DNA of 64,000 nt from the human T2T-CHM13v2.0 reference genome, Homo sapiens. The notes under the pieces are model-generated. The model was not told the DNA's origin, did not search any database, and saw only the letters and a program-made list of their open reading frames with translations. Below, piece by piece: positions 1-14,880 of this stretch (the stretch's first letter is position 1; each line of letters begins with the position of its first letter). The stretch lies in NCBI RefSeq assembly GCF_009914755.1, contig NC_060926.1; one strand, written 5' to 3'. The position numbers and the translations under genes were made by a program.

Positions 1-612
1 TGACATAAATCTTGGTTAACACATTTTTTTATGTTAACAAGAAAGTGAAACAATGAAGATAAATATAGGAACTTCAGTAGTTTCTCAATGATGAAGTGAC
101 TTCTTTGCTCTATCAGAGAATTGTTTTTGAATACTTGAAGAATATTTCCTCATTTTTGGGTCCATTCACACCGTGCTGGTTACAGTCAAGGCATACATTT
201 AAGTTTAATGTGCATTTCCTGTATAACTGTCTAAGGTCGAGGCAATCAACAATCAAAAAACAATAAATCAAGCCTTTATTTGTAGTGCTCACCAGTTTCC
301 ATGGTGTAACTATTCCCATCATGGCTAATTTCAAGCTACCAGGGTGACATCACTGAATACACTGAACTGAGAAAAGATATATAATGACAACAGCAGACCA
401 CTGTAGAATATTTCTCCCATACAGACACAACAGACACAAACTTAAAAGCATAGATATTAGTAAAATGTAGTAAAATAATTATGAAGTAATGAGTTTTGAG
501 TATTTATAAACTTTGTTTTTAAGATCTTTTATTTAGTACAGGTTTATATATAAATTAATTTTTAATGATGGCTTTCACAATTTTTGAAATTTTTTTATGA
601 GCAAACCACTGG
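1..612. mobile_element. hAT-Blackjack/MER63-like DNA transposon remnant
   Basis: Segment AAGCCTTTATTTGTAGTGCTCACCAGTTTCCATGGTGTAACTATTCCCATCATGGCTAATTTCAAGCTACC (~270-340) resembles the recalled MER63 consensus; boundaries approximate. Confidence 0.5.
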
Positions 613-666
613 CCCTACTTCCCCTATATTCCCCCAGAAAAGTATATTTCAACATTATTCATATAC

Positions 667-1078
667 TGATAGGATTTGGAGGTGTGTCCCTTTCAAATCT
701 CATGTTGAAATGTGATCCTCAATGTTGGAGGTGGGGCCTGGTGGGAAGTATTGGATGATGGGGGCAGATCCCTCGTGAATGGCTTAGCACCATCTCCTTG
801 GTGATGAGTGAGTTCTCACTCAGTTCACAATAGACCTAGTTGTTCAGAGAGTCTGGGACCTCCCCCTTCTCTCTCTCTTGCTCCCTCTCTCACCATGCCT
901 TTTTCCCCCTTGGCCTTCTGCCATGAGTAAAACCTCCCTATGGCCCTACCAGAAGCTGAGCAGATGCCAGCACCATGCTTCCTATACAGCCTACAGAACT
1001 GTGAGCTAATTAAACCTCTTTTCTTTATAAATTACCAAGCCTCGGGTATTTGTAGCAATGCAAAAATAAACTAACACA
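667..1078 (+). mobile_element. MaLR solo LTR (MSTB-like)
   Basis: TG...CA termini (TGATAGGATTTGG ... CTAACACA), MST-type motifs CAAATCTCATGTTGAAATGTGATCC and ATTAAACCTCTTTTCTTTATAAATTACC, perfect 5-bp TSD TATAC at 662-666 and 1079-1083. Confidence 0.85.
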
Positions 1079-1489
1079 TATACTCATAAAGAGAAGTCTA
1101 TAATATGTACATTCGTGAGTAACCTGAACACCTTCCATCTTGCTAATGAGCTCTTCCAAGAAAAAGATAAATATTGCAGAGCATCAGGAAGATGTGCTGG
1201 AAATCTAGGTCATTTTGGTTGTATAAGGCCTTCCTATTCAAGCAGTAGGCCTATACTAAAGGCTTGGGCCCTGGTCCTCATGATTCAGCCTAAATATTTG
1301 TAAGACACCGTGTTCATTCAGTCCTACCATGAGCTCCTTTCATGATCATGGGACATCAGGCTGAGTTGTTTTGTTACAATGGATGCTTCGACCAAGAGGC
1401 CAAAATGGCTCTTCTCCACCTTGACTGTGCTGTAGCATTATTCTTATACCTAGAACAAGGTTCTGGTCAAGTAGGGACAATAATTAAGA

Positions 1490-1730
1490 ATAATAATGAT
1501 TATTTGCCAAATGTTTACTCTGTGCCAGGCACCACACCAAATGCTATATATACATCATTTCTTTAATTCTTAAAACAACCCGGTGTGGTGAGAATTATTA
1601 TTCCCATTTATAACAAGAAAACAGAGAGACACAAAGTAATTAGCAAATATGCCCAAGATCACACAAACAGTAAATGTTAAAGTAGGATTTCAACTGACTG
1701 TGTACCCCCAAAGCCAGTGCTTTGCTATAC
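1490..1730 (-). mobile_element. MIR SINE
   Basis: TACTCTGTGCCAGGCACC, TTATTATTCCCATTT, TGCCCAAGATCACACA match MIR core in reverse orientation. Confidence 0.65.
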
Positions 1731-2410
1731 CACCTTCTTCTTAGGTCTGAAGACCCAGGGTCTTTGAAAACCCATTAATAAAACACACAGATGCTGGTTC
1801 ATTCATTCTTCAACATTTCTCATTGATCCATTAGCCAAATGGTATCCACCTGTTTTCCAGCTGAAATTGTCAATAGCATCTCTTTTCACTGTCACAAGTG
1901 TCCTAGTTTAGGTGTTAAATTATATGTGGCTTTATATGTAGAAGAAGCTGTTCTGTGTGTAAGCAGAAACTGAGGCAAGCTGTGCCTCTGTCATATCTGC
2001 TATGATTCTAGTGGGCCCAAGATAGCCACAGGACAAAACTACCATAGACTCTGCTTATCTCCACAGAGCTTGCATGCATTCAAGTGGACACATTAAGAAG
2101 AAAACTGAAATTTTCCAAACACAATTCCTGTCATTAGAATGTAGGGTCATGCCCTTTGACCTCTGCAATCACCTTCACTGATTTCTACTACCTAAACATC
2201 ATCTTGAATGAATGACTTCTCCAAACCTGACTTCTCATGAAGACCTAATCTTGACAGTTCTGGAATGCATTTCAGAGCAACTATCCCCATGCCATACTTG
2301 AAAATTACAAGTTTTTACTTCCAGGAAACCCAGTAGATGCCTGCAAAGGGGCCAGCTCTCAACATGATCAGCATTCTCTGATGCTTCTGGAACATGAAGT
2401 CAACTATTAG

Positions 2411-2846
<436 letters not shown>

Positions 2847-3331
2847 CGGTATTTTTTTTTTTAATTTGTAGATTAGCTATTAAGTATTCTTAAAGCATAC
2901 ATAAATTAAAGGCCCCCTTCTTGTGAATGTTTCCAGCAAAACCTAAGATCAAAATGATGTGAACAAAAACAATCTACCTTTAAATCTTGAATATGGTAGT
3001 CTTTCTGTAGATAAACAATGTCTTAAGAAAAAGTATTTATCATATTAATAGCAAAGTCTTCACACCTTTAAACTATATTCTGTGTAGACTTAATTAAATT
3101 CAGATCTTCAAACATGGGCCAATTCTTTTGATACCACCGAAAGAAACAATCTACAGAACATAATATATGATAACTTTCTTTTATCTTTCCTAACAGCAAA
3201 ACTATTTTTTTCTACTCTTAAATTTATTACAGGTTTTCTTACAATGGTTAAAAAAATCCACAAAAATATTAACCTCAACAGAAAACTTATTTCCTATTCC
3301 AACATTGCCTGGAGCAGTCAACAGGTCAGCC

Positions 3332-3374
3332 TGTGTGTGTATGTGTGGGTGTGTGTGTGTGTATGTGTGTGTGT
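3332..3374. repeat. imperfect (TG)n microsatellite
   Basis: TGTGTGTGTATGTGTGGGTGTGTGTGTGTATGTGTGTGT. Confidence 0.9.
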
Positions 3375-3664
3375 ACAATATACGTGTTATGTTGTTCGTT
3401 TTCCTAGATTTTTCATTCCTCTCTTGCTAATAGTTATTTTAATTCTTTAAGCATTAATACAATCTGGGAACTAATTCTAATGGAGATGTACTTTAAACAC
3501 AAGGGATGGCTTGTAATGATATTAAATTGAGATCTTACAAGCTCATAGAGATTAAATAATATTATGGTCAATTCACAAAGTAGATATTGCCATAAAAAAT
3601 GTTAAATTAACTACTGTGCCATAGTACCTCTAATTCTTTTGCTATTGATGTACTCGTACTAAGC

Positions 3665-3706
3665 CTTTCTTTCTTTCTTTCTTTCCTTTTTCCTTTCTCT
3701 TTCTTT

Positions 3707-3737
<31 letters not shown>

Positions 3738-4029
3738 TCTTTTTTGATTCAGGGTCTTGCTCTGTTGCCCAGGCTGTAGGCTACAGCATAATGGCATAAT
3801 TAGAGCTCACTGCAACCTTGAACTCCTGGGCTCAAGGGATCCTCCCGCCTTAGCCTCCTGAGTAGGTAGGACTACAGGCATGCACTACCATATCCAGCTA
3901 ATTTTTTTTTTTTTTTTTTTTACTTTTTTTGGTAGAGACGCATCTCACTATGTTGCCCAGGCTGGTCTCTGACTTCTGGTCTCAAGCAATCTTCCTGCCT
4001 CAGCATCCCAAAGTGCTGGGATTACAGGC
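3665..4029 (-). mobile_element. AluJ-like element with (CTTT)n/(CT)n tail-derived microsatellite
   Basis: CAGGGTCTTGCTCTGTTGCCCAGGCTG, CTCCTGGGCTCAAGGGATCCTCC (J-type), ends CCAAAGTGCTGGGATTACAGGC; CT-rich repeat 3665-3737. Confidence 0.88.
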
Positions 4030-4519
4030 TACAGATATGATTTTAATGAAAAATCAAGGATTGGTTATATTCTAAACCATTTGCCAAGAGCACAGTTTAC
4101 TTTCATGTCTTGGCATTCATAAGAAAACAAAAACTATATATGAAGTTATTTACAGTCTTCCACTCTTATTAACAGCTTCTTTCTAAAGCATGTATTTACT
4201 TTTATTAATATTAGGATAATTTTTTATAATTTTTCCTAAACCTGACCTCAAAATGTTTTGGAACATAAGGCAGAAAGGAATAGAATAGGGCTTTAACAAA
4301 CAATGGAATAATGAGCATTGATTGCAAACCTCCGTAACAGAGACTTGCATAATCTTGTAAATAAGATTTGCATACCTCCAGTAATTATTAAGAAACATAA
4401 GATCATATAATCAACTGCTAAATTATATAGAGCAGACAGAAGGTAAGGTAAAAGTTCAGAGAAAAGAGGCATTAAACATTGCGGGCCAAAATTATTAGAG
4501 ACAGTCTCTGCAGATGGTC

Positions 4520-4675
4520 ACCTGTGGGACTTTCTTGTGATTGTGAATGGCCTGGGATCTTGTTACCATGCAGATCCTGCTTCAGCAGGTCTGGGGCCTA
4601 AGTTCTGCATTTCTAATGAGCTCCCAGGTGATATCCATGTTGCTCTTCCATATACTCCTACACTTTGAACAGCAA
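4520..4675. mobile_element. MER5-type hAT-Charlie MITE
   Basis: TGCAGATCCTGCTTCAGCAGGTCTGGGGCC...TGCATTTCTAATGAGCTCCCAGGTGAT. Confidence 0.65.
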
Positions 4676-6859
4676 CAACTATTCAAAGACCGGGAGGGTT
4701 TGGAAATGTGAAGAGTAGCAAGTAAAGGAACCTTCCTCTTGATGATTTAGAAGCCATAACAGGCTTATAAAAATAGTTCAGCAGAATAAATATTCCTGTG
4801 TTTTTCATACATATTTGCCAATGGAATAACCCCCAGACCCAGTGTTCCCTCACACTGTCATCTACATTATTAATACTAGACCAAAGCCAGGGTCCATTAC
4901 TTTCATGTGAAATGAACCAACCATTTTTTCCAGTAGTCTAAAAGACAGGAAAAGCCTTGCTGAAATGAAAATTTTCTTAGGCTGGGAACTGAATTGAAAT
5001 GAGTAGTGTTAGTTTTGTTTACGGGTCTTGCAATTTAACTAATTTCTTCCCCATCTATTCTTTTATATCCTAATTGCTCAAAAATGTTATTTTAAACTTT
5101 AATATGTTTTAAATGCTGTAATTTCCTTTCTAAACAATCAAAAGCCATTTTCAGCTTGGGCCAGAATATTCTGCATAAATAACCATTCACCAAAAAACTA
5201 TTTGCATCTAGGACATTCCTAGCATTCCTAGGCCTGCACTTGGCTAGGGTAACCTAAATACTATTAAGAATTGTAAAAGTTTTGAGATTTTACTTTTACT
5301 GCAAGATAAAGAAATTTGTAATCGTCTCAGACACAGTTTAGGAGTGTTTTATGTTAAATTATGGTGGCAGAGTGAATGATCTGGATCCTGCTGCTTGAAG
5401 AAGAGTCAAGGACAAGCTTTAAAATCAGGCCATCTTTCTGGGATTCATAAAAGCAAGAACACATAAATGAGGACTAAATTCCATTATGGCCAGTGGAAAG
5501 AAAGTTATTAACCCTGAATAAGACATTTTGGGACTGCTGAGGGTTTTTTTAAATATTCTTGAGGTTTCACTTAAAGCAGTAGAGGAAAATGTCTTTCAAA
5601 TTACCTCTATGACACCCACAGCCATTATTCCTGAGTAGATATAGGCCAGATGGGGGTTGGTATCTGAAATGATCAGTGGGGTTGGATTCAATTAGTGCTA
5701 CTAAGTGCTGCTTGCAGAAAGCAGTGTGCAATAGTATGCCCCACATCAGAACTGGGTAACCTGCTTCCCTTCATCCTTCTACTGACATTCACAGACTGAA
5801 CTCCCAAGGGTGACTTACTTAGAAAGGGACCCTTTCTATAGTAGAGCTGCTTTTCCCAGCAACCTCCAATTTCTCAGCCCTTGTAAACTGCCCCAAGCAT
5901 TTATAGGCTTCATTTTTAAGCCTATAACCTAAAGTATAGGTCTCTCTAGGTCCAGGTCTGAGCTCAACCACTGAATTGAGAGGTTTAAAATTGATGAAAG
6001 CCTGGAAAACATAGGTAAGATGAGGAACTGTCAAAGAAACTGAAGTTACTTAAACTAGAGAAAGGAGAATGAGCAGTAACAGAATCAGTGGTGTGCTGTA
6101 GCCAGTTCATACTAGCTTGTAAGAGCTGATTATTAAATCCCGAGTAATTTTGCAAGCTTCTTGTCGAACACAGCCATGAATCAAAAGTAAATATGTCAAC
6201 TTACCTATTACAAACAAAAGTAATACAAAGGGGCACGAGGAAACTTCTGGGGGTGATGAATAGGTTCATTATCTTGATCGTAGTGAAGATTCCAGGGAGT
6301 ATATTTGGTACTGTAGAACGATTGCCAAAAAACATTGCAACTTTATTTATCCCATTATGAGCTTTTAGTACAATTTCTCTTAAGTTTATCCTTAGTAATT
6401 AAATCCTTATGTCTCACCTAGTGTCTATTCTTAAATCTATCATTTGCATGCTTCATATATAATATTTTATGCATATTTTTCTGGTTTTAAAAGCAATACA
6501 TCTTCATTGTAGATAATTTGGAAGAAAAAAAAACAAAACAAGCATTAGTTAAATCCCACTACCTAGAGATAATGTATAGTCAATATTTGGAATATTTCAT
6601 TTGAAATGTTTGGGAGTATATGCACATACTCATGTGCATATGAATAGTAGATACGACATGCATAACTTGCTTTTCTTCCATACCACGGTATAAGTATTTT
6701 ATTTTGTTATACAAATTTTTTACTTTTTTATATTAGCCGTTAATATATTAAAAATTAAAATGTTACATTTTTAAAGCTAGCCAGTTTTTTAGCCCCATAT
6801 ATGCATAAAAATACATTTTTTATTTGGCTTTTAGGAAGACTTAAAAGACAGCGACATAA

Positions 6860-7025
6860 ACTAGAGATTCTCAGACATTAAAATGCGTCAAAATCACCTG
6901 GAGGGCTTATAAAAGCTCAGATTTCTAAACCCACACTGTTTCTTACCCAGTATGGGGCCCAAGAATATGGATTTCTAACAAGTTCCCAGGTGATACTAAT
7001 GCTACTAGTTTGAGAATTATTGGTT
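6860..7025. mobile_element. MER5A-type MITE
   Basis: AATCACCTGGAGGGCTTATAAAAGCTCAGATT...ATTTCTAACAAGTTCCCAGGTGATACTAATGCT. Confidence 0.7.
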
Positions 7026-10000
7026 TAAACAAGTAAGGGATTGATGAATATCAAAGGGTAAAGGATTGATGGCATAGAGCTAGGCCACCCAGGCCAGGTA
7101 CTGTGGTTGCATGATACCTTGGGAACCTCAGCTCCTTGAATTCTTCTGTTCTACTACCCTTAGAGTGTGGCTTTAGGCCTCATAGTCCCATCATGACCTC
7201 TGCAGTTCCTTGTTTCAATCAGGAAGAAAGATTTTTTCCAGAAGCTCCACCTCGGGACTTCTGCTTATGGGTTTTAGCTTAAAACTTTGTAAAGTGGACC
7301 CCTTTACCTGTAAGAAAGGCTTACAACTATAGTTGATTCATGGTCAGTTGGCTGGTTTTAAAGCTAGCTATATTCCACCCTGAGCAAAATTAGATATGAC
7401 AGACATCCTTATCTGCTTCATAATTTTAATGAGGGATTTTATATTTCATAGGTCAATTTTTTTTCTAGGAAGTAGGATACAAATAACTTTTAAAAAAGGA
7501 ACAATCTGAGCTGGAAGGGGATTTATAGAAAGTGTTAGAAATTTGGAATCTCTATTTTGGAGAAGAGAAGCATGAGCTGCTCAGTGACATTGTCATGTGC
7601 CATTGAAAGCTCAGCTGATGACTATAGGTTCATGCTAGTGCAGTAAAGAATCTTTACAATATAACAGCCCAGGAGCTGAGAAAACAAATAGCATGATTGA
7701 TTCAAAGCTGGAGCCTAGTAAGAAAAGTATATTGGTAGGTTCAGAGGATAAGAAAATCGTAGAAACTGATAGAGCAAAGGTTGAAATGTCATCCCCAGGA
7801 GTATGGGGCTACAGAGAAATAAAAATACATTCCTTATTTCTCTAACTGTTAGGTCTTTATGCAATAATTGAACCAAAAAAACTTAAGAAAAAGTGATTTC
7901 AGATGACAGCTAGTCTCCAGTATAATTTGTCTCAGGTCCAAAGGAGTCACTAAAATATTTTAACTTCCAGCTCCATATTTAAATGGGATTTTGTTTCATT
8001 CTATTTTGAACTTTTAAAAATAATATTCTTTTAATTGAGAAACAATAAGACTACAACCCTTGACCCAATTCTGGTGTTTGTTCTATGTTTTAGTTCAGGT
8101 TTCTTTTTAGATGTAAGAAATAGAGACCAACTGGCATTAGCTAGCCCCTACCTAACAAAGGAAGTTTACTGTAAAGGCTCACATTGAAAGAAAAAAGGAC
8201 TGGTATCACAGTAAAATCTGGTCTTATGGACATTGAAGCTGAATGGTGGTTGGGTTTCAAGGTATCCAGAGTCAACAGATGTTGATTCCAGTGGTCCCCA
8301 GTCTGCATAATTCTGCTACTTCCTTCAGTTCCACTTTGAGCAAGCTTCTTCGTAGTTTCTGCCCACCATGGTTTTGCACAGGGCCCTCTAGCAAATTCTT
8401 AGTTCAAATCTCCAAGAAAGAATAGGATTGTCTCAATGCATCTTTTTGTGTCAGTCAGAGGTGGAGAAGCTGGCTATGGACTGGTTCCTAAAATCAGGTG
8501 CCCATGTCTAGTCCAGTCATTTTTACCCGATTGGGCCCGTCTGGCCAGACATGGTCACCTAGGCAGCAGAGGCTCCTGATGGAGCGGCTAGGCATAATAG
8601 GTGGTTCTAGCTAATACAATTGCAGGTATGTCAGGAATAAGGAAAAATGGGCCCAGCACTTACCCAGGTACATTTTGGGGTGGAAACATTGTAACAAAAC
8701 TGTTAAAAACAAACAAAAAAACAAAAAACCTCTAATCATTGTGTTGCTTGTTCAGATTCTGCCAAATGCACTCTCACAGATTTGGAGCTGGAGCTCTGTA
8801 TATAAAACACAAACATAATTCACATAATTATGGATTTTTTTTTCTTGAAAGGAAGACTGCTCACAGTTAGCCATTGATCAGTAGCATTGACCCATCGTTG
8901 TAATGTAAGTGAGGAGGCAATCACTGGCAGAGAAGCTCCTTAGTAACTCAGACCTTCAGTGTCACAATTTTTGCCTTAATAATTATTGTCAAGTTTATAA
9001 ATAATCCCTGTAAGTGAAACAAGCAAGAGTTTCACTTTGGTTTATTACAGTTTTTAGTTGCAGTAAACCTTACTTATATGTATAAATTATTCAAATGCCT
9101 AGAAATGCTGAGCTATGAATCATATTGCATTCAAACATCTGTAAGACTTTTGTTTCACATTAAAAACATTTTATTAAGGAGTTAATTGTGTTATACTTAT
9201 TTCAGGAGCTATAGTCAGGAAGTAAATTTAATTTGAAGTACACTTAGAAATGTAACAGATTATGTAAAGTAAGTAATTTTCAAGTTAAAATTTACTATAA
9301 TTTCCTACCCCATAATGATTACAGGTTACAGCCATCCTAGGTGTGTTAAGACAACACGTCTGTACTTTAGGCTCAAGTTGTTCATTTCAGCAATGGTTAC
9401 TTGGGCACTATAGAATTTGGAGTTATGGTAAAGTATTCACTGTTATTTTATTTGCAGCATTAATATGCTTTAAAGGATTACTACATGGTTATTTCTCTTA
9501 TAAACATCACTAAATTCTTTAAACTTCCTTAATTACTTTCTAAATGTGAGTTGGATATTTATTTGGTAAATTAAGTTCTTTTTACATTTTTTTTAATGCT
9601 TCTAGGATTTTTGGTCATTTGAGAGGTAGGAGAGATCCCTGAGAGAAATAGTAATATTCCTGCTAATTTATACAAGTGAAGGTTCAAGTAATTAATTTGA
9701 ATTTTAAAAGATGTAATATCACTTGTATTCCAGTCTTATCCGGTTATAAATAAATAAAACTAAACAATGGTTTAAATACATGTAGGTAAAAAACAATCAT
9801 GGAAAGAAAAAGTATTAGTAGAAGGTCAAACACTGAGGAAAAATAATGGAATTATCTATTCACAACGGTTTATATGGTTTATATAACTGCTAGCCCTGAA
9901 TCTCAAATTTAGTTCTAGGATTTCTGTCAGCAAAATTAAAGAGTAAAAACAGAATAGTTTACAAGATAGAAGAAATATATCAGCTCCTCAGTAGGAACTA

Positions 10001-10572
10001 AGATCTTTGCCTTACATTAACATTTTAAACATTTTAATTGATAAATATAACATGTGTGTAGAAAATGAACAAAATGTACAGCTCAGTAGATTACCACAAA
10101 GCAAATACTTTTGTAATTAACAACTAGAACATGAAAATAAACAAAGCCAATAAATACATGAAATTCTCTCCTCCCTCTGTCCACTTCTAATCACTGTCCC
10201 TTCCCCCTCCCAAAGGTAACTATTATCCTGACCTTTATGGTAATCATTCCTAGATTTTTCTTTATCATTTTAACACTAAAGCTTACATCCCTATACAATA
10301 TAGTAGAACTTTGCCTGATGGAATTTATATGGGATTTATTTAACATTATGGAGGAGGGTTGGGAGGTCTAGCTTTTTTTTGCTCAACTTTATGTTTGTCA
10401 GATTTATCCATGTTGTCGCACAGAGTTGTAGTTTTCATTTTCATTGCTATTTTGTTGTGTGAATATAGTTCAATATATTTATCATTCTACTGTTGGAAAG
10501 CATTTGGTCCACTTACAGTATGAAGTAATTTTGAATTGAATTTTACTGCTAAAAGCATTTTTCTTCTTCTTT

Positions 10573-10845
10573 GTTTTTTCTTTTTTTTTTCTGTTGCCCA
10601 GGCTGGAATGCAGTGGCACAATCATGACTCACAGCAAGTCAACTTCTGGGCTCAAGTGATTCTCCTTCCTAGTAGCTGGGACTACAGCCATGCGCCAAAA
10701 TGCCCAGCTAATTTTTTGTATTTTTTGTAGAGATGGGTTTTCGCCATGTTGCCCAGGCTGGTCTCAAACTCCTGGGCTCAAGCAGTCCACCTGCCTCGGC
10801 TTCTCAAAGTGCTGGGATTACAGGCATAAGCCACTGCATCCCACC
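10573..10845 (-). mobile_element. AluJ-like element
   Basis: CTGTTGCCCAGGCTGGAATGCAGTGGCACAATCATG...CTCCTGGGCTCAAGCAGTCC; flanked by AAAGCATTTTT on both sides (TSD-like). Confidence 0.88.
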
Positions 10846-11871
10846 AAAGCATTTTTATAAACTGTATCTTGATGAACAAGTCCATGCATTTAAACAGAGA
10901 ATATTCCTCAGAGTGGGACTGCTAGATCAAAAACTGGTTTCCAAAGTGGTTGTGCCAAATTATACTCTCACCAGCAGTACGTGACAGCTTCCATTGGTTT
11001 ACTGCCTCGATACCTATATTGTCAGTCTTTTTAACTTTAGCCATTCTGATATGGTTTTCATTTGCATTTTCCTGATTAAAAATGAATCTGATTTTTCCAT
11101 AAGTTTGTTGATAATATTTTCTCTTGTGAAGATCCTGCTCAAGGGTCTCATCCACTTTTGGTTTTGACAGTCAATCATTTCCTTAGTGATTTGTATCAGT
11201 TCTTCATATAACCTATATATAGGCCCTTAAATATGTCTTATAAATATTTTCTCCCAATTTGTGCCTTGCCCTTCCTTCTCTTTAATGTTGTTTTTGAATG
11301 GACAGAAGTTCTCAAATTATCAATTTTGTGTAGTCACATTTATAATTATGCCTGGTGACCTTTGTTTTATTTCAAATGCGTTCTCTGTCATGAAGACAAT
11401 TTATACCTTCTAAAATGTTATTTTATCTTCTACAATTAAATTTATAATGAATATATATGCACCTGATTTGGGGATAAAGTTTGAGGTAAAGGTCATGTTT
11501 CTTTCTTTTTCTACATGAACATCAAATAGACCAAGCACTATTTAATTTCAAAAGTCCTTTTACCATTGCTCAGAAGGGTCACCTTTGTCTTAAATCGTGT
11601 TCATTTATATGGAAGTCTGTTTCTGTGCTATCCTGTTTCTTTCATCTTTGTCTCTCCTGACACCATCATAACACTGTCTTAATTACCATAACTTTACATA
11701 AGTCTTGATACCTGGTAGATATCAACCCTCATTATTCTTCGAGAGATCTTCAAGAGTTTATTGATATTTTTGGTCCCTTGCATTTTCATATAAATTTTAG
11801 AAAAAACTTACCATGTTACACACACACAGTCACACACTGGGCCTTCATATGTATTTATGTTGAATCTATAG

Positions 11872-12484
<613 letters not shown>

Positions 12485-12859
12485 TCAAAAATGTTTTATA
12501 GTTCTCTTTGTAGGAAGGACAATCTTTAACTTATTCCTAGTTACTTGCTATCTCATGCACTATTATAAATAGTATCTCTTTAAAACTTCAATTTTATATC
12601 TGTTGCTAATCTATTGAAACACATTGATCTTTGAATATTGACTTTGTATCCAGCAACTCTTAAATTAATTTAGTAATTTTTTCTACTTTCTTTTGGATTT
12701 TTCTATGCACATAGCATCTATGAAAAATTAACTGTATTTCCTCTTCTTGAGAAATTCGAAGACTCTCAATAATCTGAATTTGACTAACGTGCAATTTTCG
12801 TTGTAAATTCAATAAAAAGTTGCTAGTGTATTCAATCTTTCCAACTCACAAGCTCCCAC

Positions 12860-13450
12860 TCTCAGTTTACGCGGACCTGACTGCTACCCGAACAACCCCC
12901 ACCAGTCTGGAGGATTTTGAGCCTAGACACTCCTCCAGAGCAGGCTCCTGTCCCGGCTGCGGAAGTGCGCGCGCCCTCGGCACCTTAACAGTTCCGCCCC
13001 TCTCCCGGACCCAGCCAATCAGCGGCCGCCTCTTGCGCGCGCCCCACCGACCAAAATGGCGGCTGCCGTTGGTGCGGGGTGCGGTTTGTAGTGCTGTTGC
13101 CCTACTCATCCCTTTGCAAAATGTGAAAGAAGAAGCGGCTGGTGGAGGCGGGCCATAGGCAATGAGTCGGCGAAGGAAACATGATGACAGCCCTAGCCCG
13201 AAGAAAACGCCGCACAAAACAGTGGCGGCGGAGGAATGCGGCTCGGTGGTCGAGCCAGGGAGGAGGCGGCTGAGATCGGCCCGCGGTTCGTGGCCCTGCG
13301 GGGCTAGAGAGGGGCCTCCCGGGCCAGTGCGGCAGCGAGAGCAGCCTCCGACCGCCGCCCTGTGCAGTAAAAGTAACCCCGAGGGTGAGACGTCGGCAGC
13401 GCGGCCTGCCTTGGCTTCGGCGCCGCATCCCCACATCCCAGCTTGCAACA
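12860..13450. promoter_or_regulatory. ETAA1: CpG island / ETAA1 promoter
   Basis: Abrupt GC- and CpG-rich block in otherwise AT-rich DNA; CGGAAGTG (ETS, 12960-12967), CCGCCC (GC box, 12994-12999), AGCCAATCAG (NF-Y, 13013-13022), CAAAATGGCGGC (YY1, 13052-13063); no TATA box seen. Confidence 0.9.
13162..13384 (+). CDS. ETAA1: ETAA1 coding exon 1 (aa 1-74; MSRRRKHDDSPSPKKTPHK...)
   Basis: N-terminus matches recalled human ETAA1; donor GAGG|GTGAGA at 13385; phase 1. Confidence 0.96.
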
Positions 13451-13855
13451 GGGAAATCTGGGGTGGGGGTGGAGTCTGGAGCGTGTATTCTGTCTCTGGG
13501 ATTCACCCCTCGAGAGTCCAAAAATAATCCTATACCACTCCCCGATGGGCTTTTGTCCCCGAACTTCAGCACTACCCCGTTAGGTTTGACCATCCATTTG
13601 CCTCCGCCACAGGAATAGGTAATGTGGTTTACCTGTTTGCGGGAGGGCGGCTGCTTTCCAGGCTGCTCCTCCAGTCAGCAGCAGTGGTGGAGTGAGAAGA
13701 AACAGCTGATAGGCCCGCTAACCTCAGTTTTTGCCCGGAGAAGTTATTTCTCTTTAAACCCTTTTTTTCCCTGTGACCTGCTTTAGAGAAGAGTTCATAG
13801 GAAAAGTTAAAGTTTGTCTCAAAGCCTGGTAGATGTCTCACCTCATTGTGAATAA

Positions 13856-13869
13856 ACCGGAAGTTCCTG
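13856..13869. promoter_or_regulatory. consensus ETS site in intron 1 near the promoter
   Basis: ACCGGAAGT (13856-13864) immediately followed by TTCCTG; function not shown. Confidence 0.4.
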
Positions 13870-13955
13870 TGTGTAACATCCCTCCAAATAAGATACTAAG
13901 GATCTCTTTCGTCTCGATTAGTTTTAGGTGTTACTTTTTAAAAGACTTCTAGTAA

Positions 13956-14340
<385 letters not shown>

Positions 14341-14880
14341 ACCTTACATGTCTTTAATAATACTCCTATAAAGCAATTTGGGAATGAACAAAAATCTTTA
14401 TAAAAATTTGAAAGTGATTCTAGACAAAAATTCCCAAGCATTGGATCACTAATGGTTTTTGAAGAATGGCAATTAATGTAGATTAGATAGAGTTGGTGAA
14501 AGGGGGCTAAACATATTTAGGTTTCTGTTGGGTTACTTTGGATTTTTGAATGTACCTATAAATTACAGATGGTTCCCCAAAGCCTCCAAGACTCAATGGT
14601 AATAAATAGAATGACTTAGGTTATACAGTATTGTATTATGCATTCATAAAGCTTCTGGATTATCTAGAAGTGTTTGCTATTTACAATGTGAAGTTTGCGA
14701 AGTGCCGCGTGGATTTTTATGTGAAACAAGCATTTCTGTTACGGTTCAGGTAATTATCTCTGGGAAAAAAAATTATCTTGGACTATAAAAGTTAGTCTCA
14801 GCTATTTGACCTTGGGGTCTTACGAAGTAAGGTAATGCTTTAAAATGCAACAATTGTTATTTTACTCATATTTTATATAG

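Noticed and set aside
6618-6641. Perfect 10-bp hairpin ATATGCACAT-ACTC-ATGTGCATAT (similar one near 7813-7843)
   Set aside because: A few 10-bp stems are expected by chance in 64 kb of AT-rich DNA; no other ncRNA features
12867-13593. Antisense ORFs of 193 and 163 aa over exon 1
   Set aside because: Expected stop-codon scarcity in a GC-rich CpG island; non-ATG starts and no recognisable protein
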